Of a stretch of 64,000 nucleotides of DNA, positions 33,541-48,312 are shown one piece after another. Position 1 is the first letter of the stretch. Every line of letters begins with the position of its first letter. Under the pieces are notes generated by a model. It was given only the letters and a program-made list of their open reading frames with translations. It had not been told where the DNA came from and ran no database searches. This DNA comes from Camelus dromedarius (lineage: Eukaryota): the NCBI RefSeq assembly GCF_036321535.1, contig NC_087447.1:6262001-6326000 (forward strand). The letters are read 5' to 3'. Position numbers and translations under genes: made by a program.

Positions 33541-34817
33541 AAATATCTCAATCACCTGCCAAAACCCACTCACAGCCCTTTCCCACCTTCGGTTGGGGTG
33601 GGCCTCAGGCAACCCGCCTCACTCCATCAGTTCCCTCCCTTGCTACAAGCTTGCATTTCTGCCATCTTAAAAATCAAAGCCAGCACCCATTCCTCCGTCC
33701 TCACTCAGCCACTGCCCTCTCTCACCTCCACTTCATAGTCCTCAGTGTTGCTCAGCTCCGAGTTTCTCACCTCCAGCTCCCCCTGCCTCGCCAATGACCA
33801 CCAAGCCACTGAGGCACCGGACAGCTGACCTCCCCCTCTCCCAGATGCCCCCTGGTGGGCACCACATTGGCTCCTGGGGGGCCCTGGGGCTGGCTGCCCT
33901 TCAGTCTCCTTTGGTGGTCTGCTCAGATCCCCCTCTCTCCCCTACTCCCAAGGTCATACACCTGTCTTATCTCCCTGCATCCAAGTAAGTGCGCAGCCCA
34001 CACCTGCCCTCAGTGGCCTCACAGGCACTCCAAATTCGTCACAGCCAAACCCGGGATCTTCCTAATCCTGCTCTTCCTCCTACGTTTCCAGTGCTGAAAA
34101 GAACCCCCACTCCATCCCAGAGAAACCTGAGAGTCCCTGAGGATCCCCTCCCTCTCAGCCCCACATCCAGTCAGTCATCAGTGCTTGAGTCTACGGTCAA
34201 CCCAGACCTCCAGGCCGCCCCCTCCCGCCCACATCACCAAGCTGCTGCTCCCTGAAGACACACGTCTGCCTTGTGCACGTTGTAGCTCCAGGGTCTGCTC
34301 TGGGTCACTGCCTGGACACAAGCTGCCTTCAAGGCCCTCCACAACCTCACCTACCTCTGCTGTCACTGCCCCTTCCCACATGCCCTTCTAGGCAACTTGC
34401 CTGAGCTCTAGTTTTCAAGACCTGTTCCCATCACCTGCCCCATCTGTCCCTGTGCAGCAGCCCACAGTGGGCAGAATGGTCTCCGTCAGAGAGAGGGAAA
34501 GAAGCCACTCAGAGAAGGATAGGAACCTACCTAGGGTCACATAACACAATGAGACAAGTTGTTTCCCAGTATAACCAGCACATACTGGCTCAGACCCCCC
34601 ACCACTCTGCCTACCTTCCTTCTATTAGCACCCCTGGTCCTGCCCTGGCAGAAACATGGCCTCCAACCCCTCCCTCCACTCAGCTACTGCCCAGCCCACT
34701 GGTGCTCCTGGCCCCAGCCCAGTGTTGGGAAGGAGGTAGATGGATGAGAAGGAGGCCACAAAGCCCTGGACAGAGGCTGCGATAGGTACTGGCATTTCCT
34801 TTTGTTATTATTATTTT

Positions 34818-34823
34818 TTTAAT
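34818..34823 (-). terminator. DRAP1 poly(A) signal ATTAAA
   Basis: tttaat on +, about 90 nt after the stop codon. Confidence 0.55.
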
Positions 34824-34910
34824 AAATTTAAGAACAACTTTATCTTCCCTCTTCCCCCCAGAACAACTAAAACCAACTAAAAGGGGGTATGGCCTGGGGG
34901 GCAGAGGGCG

Positions 34911-36835
34911 CTAGGAGTCATAATCCTCTTCATCTTCTGCGTCAGGTGCTGAGGGGCCTGGGGGCGCTGGGGGCAGAGGCAGAGTTGAGGTGAAGGGCAT
35001 GAACGGTGTCGGGGGGCTGCAGGGTGGAAAAAAGGAAAAGATCAAGCCACTCTCTGGTGCCCATTCCTGCCCACTGAGCCCCACCCAGTTCCACACACGG
35101 GCAGCCCTGGAACCCACCACCCTCTGTACCAAGAGGGAGCTAAGCCCAGAGCAGGTCACACAGCCCTGCCCAGGGGATGGGGCCTTCTGAGAGCAGTCTC
35201 CAGCCTTTAAGCCCTCCTCAGTTCCCCCTCTCCCAGCCCGCAAATCTGCCACAACCAACAGAACCAAGTGGCCAAGGAGGCCAGGAGGGACAAGTCAGCC
35301 TTGGGAAGTTGTCTGGCCCCCTCCGGGCGCCACTGAGCTGCCTACCTCTGAAAGTGGGCCGGGGCATGACTGGCCTGGGGTGGGGCCTGTGGTGTCTCCT
35401 CTTCCCCATCAGTATCTGTATCCTCAGACTCATCCTGGGAACAAGGCAGGGATCGGAGATGACCAGAAAGACATGGACCCAGCACTAGAGTGCAGGGACA
35501 GAAGATGGACCTTCATGGCCCCAATTTACAGAGAAACCAGTACAAAAAGGTTACAGGTGAGGACAGGACCAGGCCTCCAAACAGCTCAGCCTTGCCTGAT
35601 GCAAGACTGCCCTCTTCACCCTGCAGGGCAGGACAGAGGGCTGGATCCTCACTTACCTCCTGCTCCGAGTCTGTCCCCGACAGCTTCTTGTCCTTGCCTT
35701 TGCTTCCCATCCCACCATTTTTCCGGCTGCTGCCGCCTGGCTTCCGGCCCCTTCAGGAAGGTACATTCCATCTGTCCAGAGGTCTCCACTGTCCTTCACC
35801 ACACCCCAGCCACCCCCAACCCCAGGGGCCTTGGCCTTCTCCACCTGGACACTGGACCCTGGCTCCCCACCTGCGGGCACCCTTGTCCCCATCCATGTGG
35901 TTGTCTTCCCCGTCCCCCTGCATGTCAGGCACGGATGCCACCAGATCCTTCAAGAAGTCAAACTGCTGCTCCAGCTCAATGCACTGTTTCCTAAAAGAGG
36001 TGGGGAGAGGATGGTACTCAGGTGGGCACAGATGTCTGGGCCCTCAGTAAAGGACAGCAAGGCGCTCTCTGGTTGCCAGGAGAATGGAGCCTGGAAAATT
36101 TCCATCCCAACCAGTCCCCTTTGCTAGAACACCCAACCCCTCCTCCCAAGTTCAAACCCACCAGTCTTTGAAGCCTTGATGATTTCCCACCTCCCTCACT
36201 ATCAGGACAGTCTCCCCTAAGCGTGTGAACTCTTGGAGGAGGACCCCAAGCGGGCCCTCCCAGATCAGAGCCACTCACAGGTGAGATGTGGTCATGGTCT
36301 TGGCGTTTCGGGACTGGGTCACTTGACAGGCCTTCTTCAACAGTGACTCCAGGAAAAGCTCAAGCGCCCGAGCTGAGAGGCGTCAAGGAGAACCCGGGAT
36401 GGAGTGTCCCCAGCCCATACACAAGGCGATCCCGGGCTGCTGGTCTCCCCCACCTCCCTTAAACCGGGCAGCCCCTGACAGGATACAGATGATGACAGGC
36501 ACAGCCGCCGCCACCTTTCCAATCTCTTCATCCGTCTGCATGATCTTCTTGATCCGTGCCTAGGAAGTGGGCAGAGAGCTCGGACCTCCGTCGAGGAAAG
36601 GGTTCTTGAGCGGGGTAGACAGAGGGAGCATCCCGGGAGAAAGGGGGCGGGGGGCACCAACGCTGGGAGGGCACGGAAGGGGGCGGGGCGTCCGGGGCCC
36701 GAACACCGTGTTGCGCCCGCCCTGTCAGCCGGGCCTGGGCCAGAGCCTGCCGAGAGCCCGGCCCGCTCCTCCCGGGCCCGGCCACGTGCTCACCGGCGGG
36801 AACCGCGCATTGTACTTCTTCTTCTTGCTCGGCAT
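34911..36835 (-). CDS. DRAP1: Dr1-associated corepressor (NC2 alpha, histone-fold), 205 aa, complete
   Basis: Exons: 36794-36835, 36487-36559, 36279-36372, 35871-35990, 35657-35750, 35346-35434, 34911-35016, totalling 618 nt. Reads [46 protein letters not shown]...EDEEDYDS*. Confidence 0.98.
36373..36486 (-). other. U12-type (minor spliceosome) GT-AG intron, DRAP1 intron 2
   Basis: Donor GTATCCTG. Branch site TCCTTGAC (36389-36382) lies about 9 nt from the terminal AG. No long polypyrimidine tract. Confidence 0.85.
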
Positions 36836-37257
36836 CTCGTGGCCTCTCTCGCCGCGCCGGGCCCAGCGCCTCCGCCCGCAGCCTCCCGGCCCTGGGGCCT
36901 GCTCGTCGCCCGCCCGCCGCGGTTCCCCCGGGTCCTGGTGCCGCCCGCTCCGCCCCCACCGCTCCCCACAGGGTCCTAGCGCCGCTGGTAAGGACGCCGC
37001 TCGCAGGGCCCGAGCGCCCTCCCCTTAGAGCCTCCCGGGAGGTGCGCGTACGTCCAGGGCAGGACCGCCACTCCCGCCCGTTCCCAAAGCCAGAAGACCG
37101 AACGTTAGCTCCGCCCCCCGCAGGCCCGCCCACCCTTGCGTTCCTTGATGGTCCCGCCCCCGGGGTCAGCACCGCCCCCACGGCACCGCCCCTTCATCGG
37201 CTCCGCCCTGCGCTGCGCTTGTCTATAAAGTTGTTGTTGAGGCGGCGGGGCGCTAAG

Positions 37258-38804
<1,547 letters not shown>

Positions 38805-39424
38805 TGGGGCCAAGTCGAGGAGACCACCCTCGGCTCCCCCTTCTAGGGATGGATCCTCTCGTCTTCCGACTCCTTGTCCCAAGGAGGTCAAGCCCCCCAC
38901 CCCCCGAGCTCTGCGGACTAGGTCACTCGGGAACTGCCTGCATCTTCTGTCCCCTTGAACTTCTGCCCTCTGTTCAGGGCTGAGTCACGTCCCTACCAGC
39001 TGGAGGCTCTGGCTCTCTGAGGGCCAGACCCTCAGCCTCTTGGCTGCTGCTCCCCTCTCATTCAGGACCACAGGCTAGGTGCAGACACCCAGGAGAAGAG
39101 TCTTCCTGGGCCACCCTCATCCTTGGCCATACCTCCCCCTCCTCCCACATCCTCCCCTTCTCTTCCTCCCTCACAAGAGAGAAGACTTAGTGTTTTCCAG
39201 TTTCTCTTCTTGGAGCCTTCAGCAGTCCAGGCGGCAGAGGCCCTGCAGGCCTGGGCATGCCATTTTGTGGGGGTAATTGTTCTCACACAGCCCCTGGCAG
39301 AGAGAGAGGTTGCCAGGGCCATGGACACAGGGCCTGCCCCTCCCTTCCACCTCATAGCCTGCACCACCATCCCACCTTCCTCCTTTCTTTGGCTGCATTG
39401 TCATGTGCCTGCTCCTGGCATTTC

Positions 39425-39430
39425 AATAAA
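39425..39430 (+). terminator. C11orf68 poly(A) signal AATAAA
   Basis: AATAAA followed by a GT/T-rich tract (gtctgtgtcttgcatgtttttt). Confidence 0.75.
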
Positions 39431-42400
39431 ACCCAGCTTGGGTCTGTGTCTTGCATGTTTTTTGATGGTTACCTGCTTTGGTTGCTGGAGAGAGGCAGGG
39501 CCAGGAGGGACTGCCCCTCTGCCCTGATTGGGCTCCCCCAACTTCCCCCAGTAGTAAGATGCACCTCACAGCCAAGGCTGGGACTCTCTCTGAGAGCCTC
39601 TGAAAGTCAGCCCTGTTGCCCCTCCACCCCAAGAATCAGAATCAGTTTCTCAGTGATTTCCCATAAATTCAAGGGCTTGGCCCAGCAAATTCTGAGGGGC
39701 TACTACTAGTCCACAAGGTGCATTTGTGCCTATTAGAGAAAGGTACCTTCTTGGTTATAGCAGTTCTAAGCTAGGGCACATGGTCTGGTGAGCAGAGACA
39801 GGTTGAGTTTTACCTACCTAGGCTGGATTTCCTTGTGCAGTAAACAACCTGCACAACCTTAAGTAGCCCTGGAAGTCCTCCCATTGATACTCACCTCTCC
39901 CACCACCCTGACCATCTCAGAGGCCACTGGACTGTTTGCAAAGCACTTCCATATGGATTATTTAATTCTCACAGCCAAACAGAAGGAGATTTTGGCCCAA
40001 TCAAGAAAATTGAGGCAAGAGGGGAAGGAAGTTTGCTTGGTCACACAGCGAGTTGGGCAGAATTAGGACTTGCACCCCGAGTCCTCCCTGGGCGGAATGT
40101 GGTCCCTGGCCTCACCTTCAGTTAACAGTTCACAACCCAGCAGGCACGTTCACTCACATGATCTCACTGGGCCACACCACTCAGCTGAGGCTGCTATAGC
40201 TTCTGGGAGCTTGGCTCCGCACTCTCCAGCCCCGTCCCTGGCCCTGACCTTGGTACGAGGCCAGGGTGACTGGCAGGGAGCCCTTTGGGACGTTGCTCTC
40301 GTGCCGGACCGGAGCTGACTCAGCCTCCAGCAGCCTCATCAAATTGGAATTTGGAGCAGGGGAGCGGAGATGCCACTAGGCTGACTGGGTGGAAGTGGGT
40401 GAGTCATACAATGCTGGCTGGGCCCCCTCCCCAGGTCCCTCCCCACCCGGAGCTTCCCCAGAGGTGAGTGCCCCTCAGCCCAGCCCCAGGAAGTCCCCAA
40501 AGTTGGGTGGTCAGAGCCTGGTACTCTGCCTCCCATAGATGGTCAGTGCCTTGCACTTGACCTAAGTGGGCCAAGTCTCAGGATCCTGGCCAGGTCCTCA
40601 TGGGTCCCACAAAGATGCCCACAGGGTATCAACACCACCTGTTCCTCCTGTAATTAAGCATTTCACACACTTACCCGTCTTCTCCATCCTCTCGGCCCTG
40701 CTTTAGCCCCTTCCTCAGTCTCTCCCAAAACATTGCAAGTTGCCTTCTCTGCCCCATTCCCCTGTCTGCTCACCCCTCCGTCCCCCTACAGACATCTGTC
40801 CTGCAGAGCAGCCTGTGTCCCTCTGCTGCTCAGAGCCCTTCTGTGATTCACTGCAGCCTGCAACTTAAGAGTCCACTCTCCTGAGCTGGCCATGGCCTAG
40901 CCTCCCCAACTGGCCCAGCTTCCCTCAGATGCCCCATTCTGCCCATGCTCTCCTCACTGGAGCCAACTGGCACTACTTTCACCCCCTGGCACTCAGCCCT
41001 GGGCCTCAGGCTCTCTCTTTTGCTTGAACACCTGCCTTGTAGCAAGGGTCGAGCGGTTACGTAAGTAATCGCTGGATTGATTATCTCTTGCTGGCCCCTA
41101 AGCCACATGCCCAGACTGTGTGCTCAGTGAAGGCAGGAACAATGTCTAATCTCAGCCCTGTCCCCTGAGAGCCTAGCACAGTGTGTGGCCAGAACAACCT
41201 TTTCATACATTATTGAATGAATGAATGAATGACTCAAATCCAGCCCCTGCCAGTCCCTCTGGCCTCACCTCTCCTCCACTCCCTGCTTCACTACTTCTTG
41301 TTCCAGAATCACGAGCTGCCTGTGGTTTCCTTGCACACATGCTGGCCTTTGTCACTTTTATGCCTATTATGCTGTTGCCTCTGCCTGGTATGCCTGACCC
41401 TCACCTGCTTCCCTGGCTGACTCCAGAGCTCAGGCCCATCAGCTCAGGTGTCATGCTCTCGGAGGTTTCTCTTCCTGCATCCATCTGCACCCTGGGCTTC
41501 CACAACGCCTCCCCAGCTGTGGCTATCATCTGTGTGTCTGGGGCCCCTCAAGGACCATGGCTGCACTTCAGCCCCTAGGGTGTCCTCAGCATCCAGCATA
41601 GGACCTGGCCCAGCATAAGTGCCAAATAAACGTGACTGAATAAATGAGTGACTGAGTGAAAGTTACCCTCTGTCTCTGGGCCTCAGTGTCCACATTCCAT
41701 TCATGACAAGAGCCAGGCACTGTGCTGAGTGTTCACCTACATTATCTTATTTAAGCCTCACCTGGCTCTATTATTATTGCTATTTTGCAGAAGAGGAAAC
41801 TGAGGCCCAGAGAGGTTCAGTAATTGGTTCAAGGTTACAAAGTGGCAAAGCCAAGGTTTGAATCCAGGTCATCCAATTCCAGAGCACCCGACACATTGTT
41901 GAGCCTCCACTATATGAAAGTGCTGTGGGTGTGGGGGGAGCTGCAAAGGTAAATAAGACCCAGCAAGGACTTAGGATCTTAATTTGTAAAGCACACAGTC
42001 TCCTCAAAACCACCTGAGAGAGAGAGACTGGGCCAAGACTGATTCCCATTTTACTGATGGAGAAACTGAGGCCCAGCAGTTGTAGTGACTAAGCCTACTG
42101 AGCAGGAAGGATCTTCCGGGCCTCCAGTGGGGACTCCTCCCCTGCCAGGTCAAGGGCTCTGGAAGACCCACCTCCTCAGGCTGACGGGGGATTCTGCCCT
42201 GTTGGGCTGGCCTCTTCCCATAAGGGAGTCAGGAAGCAGCCCAGACCCAGGGTAGGCTAAGCTGGGTAAATCTGGATAAGCCCCTGTGCTCTGCTCCTTT
42301 TTGTAAAACCACAGAAGGATGACTGAGCTGAGAAAAGGAGGATCCCCCTGATGCCACCTAGTCCCTCTCACATGCACTACGAACTCCCATGCCCCAGGGA

Positions 42401-45400
42401 GGAGGCTCCAGGGAGCTGGCCCTCCAGTGGAGAGGGTCTCTGCTCGACCCCTGAGTCTAGGGGCTGAATCTGGAGGACAGGAAACAGCTGAGTCAAGAGA
42501 AAGCTTCAGCCAGAGCTTTGGCGAGGTTTTGGGGATTTTCCCAGCAGAGCAACAGCGCCCCATCCCGCCCACTGGGAGGGGCCTTGGCAGGGACCAGGCT
42601 TGGGTCACATAGCTGATTCATCTGAGGAGGGAAACTCCCCATGACTCGCATCCCCCAGACCCTTAGGGGTAACCTGAGGGCACCTAGCCCAGAAACCCAC
42701 CAAACCCATCTTTCCTTGATTACTGGCTTCCCAGCAGAGCTTGAAAACTCCCCAGGCTGGACACAGGGACAGCTGGGCAGGACGGCAGGGCATTGGGGCA
42801 GCTTCCTAGGGAATAGCAGCAGAGACTGGAATCAGAGTGACAGCTGGACAAGGGGCACCTCAGGCATCCTCCCCTCACCCACTTTTCAGATGAGAACACT
42901 GAGGCTCAGACAGTAAGAGCAAAGGGCATACTAACCTGCCCTGCTTCAGGCACCACTCTAAGCAGTTTGTACACACTAACTCATTTTAGTCCTCACAGCC
43001 CTCATTTTCTTTTCCTGAGGAGTAAATTGAGCAGAAAGAGGTTAAGTAACTTGGCCACGGTAAAGTCTAGAAATGCTCGGGAGGCTCTCCATAACTCCCA
43101 AGAGTGCTTGTACACAGCCTTGTGCAGGGCACTCCATCCCTGGTCCCTGAGCAGCTCTGGCCCCAGAGGGCAGAGGCCTCCCTGGGGTGAAGTCTGAAGT
43201 GGTTTCTGGAAATCTTCTACCCTCAGGTCCCACCTCAGCCCCCTGGGAACCGCAGAGAACAGGCAGGTCACCCACTGGGCTCTGGCTCCTCCCAGGCTAA
43301 AGGGAGAAAGTTGGTTCCTGCAGAAAAAAATCTGAGAACCCACAGAGGCCAGGAGAGGGCAGCGAAGCATTCCCGCCAAAAGTCTTCCTCTAGAGGACTT
43401 TGACTCCTTTCCAAACCCCAATCCTTTCCTCCTCCCTTTCCTGTCTGCCAGCCCCCTTCCCCGACACCATACGCGCACACTCAAACACGCACACACAGGC
43501 ACACACGTGCACGCTGGGAGCCCAGCCTCCAGGCCCCTGCCCCTCAGCCAGCTAGGCCAGGCCCTTCTCCCCCTGTCCTGGGCCAGGGGCGAGCTGGGTG
43601 TTGGAGGGGAGCTGAGAACGTGGCTCTGTGGGGTTCAGCCAAGGACCCCACGCAGGCAAGCTCTGTCCTATCTGGCTCCCACTCACAGGCCGAATGACTC
43701 ACCCCATCGCCCCCCATGACTCAGTTTACACGGGTGCCCAGAGGTCCTCCCAGTGAGGGTGGGGCAGTTTATTAGCCTAGCCCAGGCCCGCCAGCCTTTC
43801 ATCCCAGGATGAGCCTTTCACCCCACTCCTGGCCCACAGCAGGAGCTGGCATCTGGGAGTCCAGGGGTGGGGGAAGCCTCAGGTCTGTGAGGGTAGGGAG
43901 AGCCCAAGAACTGAGTGACAGGTTCCAACTTCTCTGGGCCTGGGTCTTCAGGGAACAAGAGCTCTTCCAAGAAACCTCAGGGGCCAGGCTGAGCGGGCAG
44001 AGCCATCCTGGGCACCAACCACAGAGCCCTTGATGCCCTCCATTCAGAGGAAATGGTCCACACAGCGCAAAACCTAACAGCAAGAAAACTCTCCCTTCCA
44101 CGTGTTGATCTCTCACTGCACCGGTCCCATGCTAAGCACCATCCATGCCTTTTCTCACTTACTCGCCCATCAAGCCCCTGAAGAGCAGATACAATCATTA
44201 TCATATCTTTTCACAAATGAGGGCATTGAGGCATAAAGAAGTTAAGAGAATGGCCCAGGTCACACAGCCAGGACTTAAACCCAGGCCATCCAACTCCAGA
44301 ACCCACACGTTAACCCCTACTGCCTCCCTGAGCTGTGCTAGTTGGAGCAGGGATGAGGGACCACAGGTCTGCCCTGCCCCTCCTCACAGTGGATCTCCAA
44401 TGAAACCTCTGGTTTTAGGGATCACAGTGCATAAACTACTATTACCCAGTATGTAATCTGCAAGAAGGGGAAACTGAGGCTCCCGGTGAGAAAAGGACTG
44501 GTCTGAGGTCCTGTACAAATCAGAGATGCAGCCAGAACCTGGACCATGTCTTTGACCCTCTCCCCAGTGCCCTGGAATGGAGAGGTGTGGTGGGGGTTCC
44601 CCAGGAAAGGAGTGGGAGATGGTAGCCCTGTCCCTGACTCCCTGTAGTGCTTCAGCCCAGTTCCTCTCCCTCTCTGGAGCCTCAGGGTCCTCATCTGCCT
44701 TAAAGGGACAGGACTGCCATCACAGCAGGGTGGCATGAGGCTCAAAGGGCAGCAGAGGGACCGGTACTCAGCAGCATCTGGGGAATGAGGAAGGTGATAC
44801 CCAGACCATGGAAGCAGCACAGACCAGCCCCCTCTCACCCCACCCCCTTCCTCAGCCGGGACCCACCAAAGGGCTCCCTCTGACTCCAAGGCCCAGACCT
44901 TCCCATCATGGACTCCAGTACCCCTCTCCCCAGACTCCAGCCTCAGCAAAATGAGAATCGGTTACTTCCTTGTTCAAACACCACTCAAGGTCCCCTTGTC
45001 TTCCCCCTCCCCCAATTCTAGCTCCTCATGTGGCATTCAAGGGCCCTGGCTTAGGCCTCACTCAGCCCACCCTTCCAGTCATGGTCCCAACACAGAGTTC
45101 ACCCTGTGCCCTGGACCACAGGGACCCAGGCCTCACCTCCCCCAACCCCTGGGCCTTTGTACCCACTGACTTCAAACCCAGAAATGCCTCCCCCACCCTC
45201 AAATACTCCTCTGCCAGGAAGCTTGCTCCATGTACCCCTGCCTCCCCACACCCAGTAGAAAAGAATCCTTCCTTCCTGGGGGCTCCTGTGATGTCCCTGG
45301 CGCTCTCCAGCTTCTGGTCCCAGCACTGTCTACCTACCACCAGAGCTGTTTTCCTCAGTGGCTAATCACCTTTCTGTAAAATGGGTATAACATCTTCATC

Positions 45401-45545
45401 TGTCTCTACAGGGTTGATGTGAGGATTAATGAATCACTTTGAATGGTGCCTGGTTCATAGGAGCTATATGAGTGTGAGCCACTAGTGTTACCCTCTTGGC
45501 CCTCCAAGACCCCCAATCAACATACAACTTAAAAGAACACAGGGT

Positions 45546-45650
45546 GGGGGAAGGGTAGAGTGCATGCTTAGCATACACAAGGTCCTGGGTTCAATCCCCA
45601 GTACCTCCTCTAAAAATAAATAAGTAAACCTAAAAAAAAAAAAAAAAAAA
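45546..45650 (+). mobile_element. tRNA-Ala-derived SINE with the A-box region deleted
   Basis: ggtagagtgcatgcttagcatacacaaggtcctgggttcaatccccagtacc plus tail, flanked by aaaagaacacaggg / aaaaggaacacaggg direct repeats. Confidence 0.8.
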
Positions 45651-46904
45651 GGAACACAGGGTGGATTAAGCATTCTGACCCCACCCCTTCCCAGACCTCA
45701 GACCCTCCTGTGTAGCAATATGAAAGGTGCCACAGCTCAGAAAGGTCCAAGTCTGAGAGTAAAATGGTCAGAATTTTTAGAGATTCTTCTGTGAACATTT
45801 AAAAAATCCCTCAGGCTACTGTGTGGGAGGTGGAGGGGAGGGAGCTAAGCTGGAGGCTGTGGAGAGTGTCCAGGACAGATAGGATGGGGTCAGAACCAAG
45901 GGAAAGAAATCTCTGCTGAAGTGGACTAAATGTCACCTCCAGATATGGGGAAAACTGGAACTCTGAACTATTGCTGGTGGGATGTAAAATGGTACAACCA
46001 ATTTGGAGAACTGTTGGAGAGAATCAAAGCCAAACATACGGGTACCCTACGACCCACAGTTCCACCCCTGGGCACCTATCCAAAAGAAGTGAGTGCAGGT
46101 AGACCGAAAGACGCATCAGAAATGCTCACAGCAGCCTTATTCATAAGAGCCTCAAACTCAGAGAGCACCCAATACCATCAGCAGGAGAAGGGAGGGAGCG
46201 ATTGTGGGCTATTTGTGCAACGGAATACACACAGTAATAGAAAAGACCAAGCTGCCGCTTCACCCAACAATGCAGACGAATCCCTCGGACATGCTGAGTA
46301 AAAGAAGTCAGACCCAAGAGAGCACACGCTGTAGGGTTCCATTTATACGAAGTTTAAGAACGGGCAAAACTGATCCTTGATGAAAGAAGTCAGAATAGTG
46401 GTTACCGGTGGGCGGCGGATGTTGACTGGCAGGAGGCACAAGGAGGTTCCAAGCTGTTGGAAATATCCTATGCCTTGATCAGGGCGGTAGTTACATATAT
46501 TTATGTAATTACATACATGTACAAAATCACTGAGCTAGACATTGGATGAATGCACTTTACTGTATGTTAAACTTCAATTTCATCAGCAACCTAAATAAAA
46601 GAATCAAAATTACAAAACTATTAGAAAAAAGTCATAGAGGTAAATGTTCATGACCTCAAATTTGGTCATGGATTCTTAGATTTGACACTGGAAGCATGAG
46701 CAACAAAAGAAAAAAATAGATAAATTGGACTTTATAAAAAGTAAAAAATTTTGTGCATCAAAAAACATTGTGAAGAATGTGAAAAGACAAATGTGAGAGA
46801 AAAATTGGCAAATCATGTATCTGATAAATGTTTTGTAGCCAGAATATATAAAGAACTCATGTAATTTGACAGCAACAAGAGGAAACAACCCAGTTAAAAA
46901 TGGG

Positions 46905-46994
46905 CGTGAGGAGATGGTATAGCTTAGTGGTAGAGCACATGTTTAGCATGCATGAGGTCCTGGGTTCAATCCCCAGTACCTCCATTAAAAAAAA
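46905..46994 (+). mobile_element. tRNA-Ala-derived SINE nested in L1MB
   Basis: tatagcttagtggtagagcacatgtttagcatgcatgaggtcctgggttcaatcccc, with an aaaaatgggc TSD on both sides. Confidence 0.85.
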
Positions 46995-47323
46995 TGGGCA
47001 AAGGACTTGAATAGACATTTGTCCAAAATATATGTATACAAATGGCCAACAAGCACATGAAAAGATGTTCATTGATCATTAAGGAACATGACTGGTGTTA
47101 AGGAAATGCAAAACAAGACACAATAAGACACCACTTCATACCCTCTAGGATGTATTTTTTAAATGGAAAATAATAAATGTTAGCAAGGATGTGGAGAAAT
47201 TAGAACCCTCAGGCACTGCTGGTAGAAATGTAAAATGATAACAACCATTTTGTAAAATAGTCTGACAGTTCTTTACGAGGTTAAACAGAGTTACCATGTG
47301 ACCCAACAATTCTACTCTTAGGT

Positions 47324-47451
47324 NNNNNNNNNNNNNNNNNNNNNNNNNNNNNNNNNNNNNNNNNNNNNNNNNNNNNNNNNNNNNNNNNNNNNNNNNNNNN
47401 NNNNNNNNNNNNNNNNNNNNNNNNNNNNNNNNNNNNNNNNNNNNNNNNNNN
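47324..47451. other. Assembly gap (128 N)
   Basis: Run of N within L1 sequence. Confidence 0.99.
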
Positions 47452-48279
47452 TGTGGTATATCCATGCAATAGAATATTACTCAGCCATAAAAAGGAAGGA
47501 AGTGTTGATACATGCTACAACACTGATGAGCCTGGAAAACATTACCCTAAATAAAAGAAATCATACATAAAAGGTCACAAATTGTATAACTCCCTTTATA
47601 TGAAATGTCCAGATTAGGCAAACCTATAGAGACATAAAGCAGATTAGTAGTTACCAGGGGATGAGAGGAGAGGGGTTTTGGGAGTGATTACCTAATGGGT
47701 CTGAGTGTTTTTCTGGGATGATTAAAAAGTTTTGAATCTAGAGAGAAGTGGTGATTGCCCAACATTATGAATGCACAAAATTTCACTAAAGTGGACACAT
47801 TAAAATGGCTAATTGAAATATTTTGTGAATTTCACCTCAATTTTAAAAATAAACTTTAATGTAGAAAGGGAATGGAAACTGGAAAACACAAACGTCACCT
47901 CTGAAGCTCTAGGGGCACAAATAGAACCTACTGGATGCAAACAAAGCACATTCACTCATCGCCTCCTTTCACCTCACTGCAGTCCCAGGAGGTGGGGATT
48001 CTCTGGGGTTCAGAGACAGAAAGTGATGGAGCCAGACTCACACAGCTGCCTGGGTGTCTCAGACCTCCCAGTCCCAGACTCCCGAAATCACTGTGGCCCC
48101 TGGGGATTCTTGCCTGGCCTCCCTGGGTGAGAGCTGGTGAGGTCAGGGGCCAGGAACGTTACTGCAGCCACGAGACAGGATTTAGTGACTGAGGAGCTTG
48201 GAATGTGCAGCCTCTGAAAGGACCTCCTTGTGGCTTCACTGACGGTTAGAGCAGGAAGGGACTTTCAGAGTCACGTAAT

Positions 48280-48312
48280 CACACACACACACACACACAC
48301 ACGCACACACAC
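48280..48312. repeat. (CA)n microsatellite
   Basis: cacacacacacacacacacacacgcacacacaca. Confidence 0.9.

Larger units (their letters stand above)
45930..47835 (+). mobile_element. L1ME-like (~45930-46575) and L1MB-like (~46600-47835) fragments
   Basis: 'attgctggtgggatgtaaaatggtacaacc', 'aaattggactttataaaaagtaaaaaattttgtgcatcaaaaaac', 'aatattactcagccataaaaaggaagg'. Confidence 0.75.
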
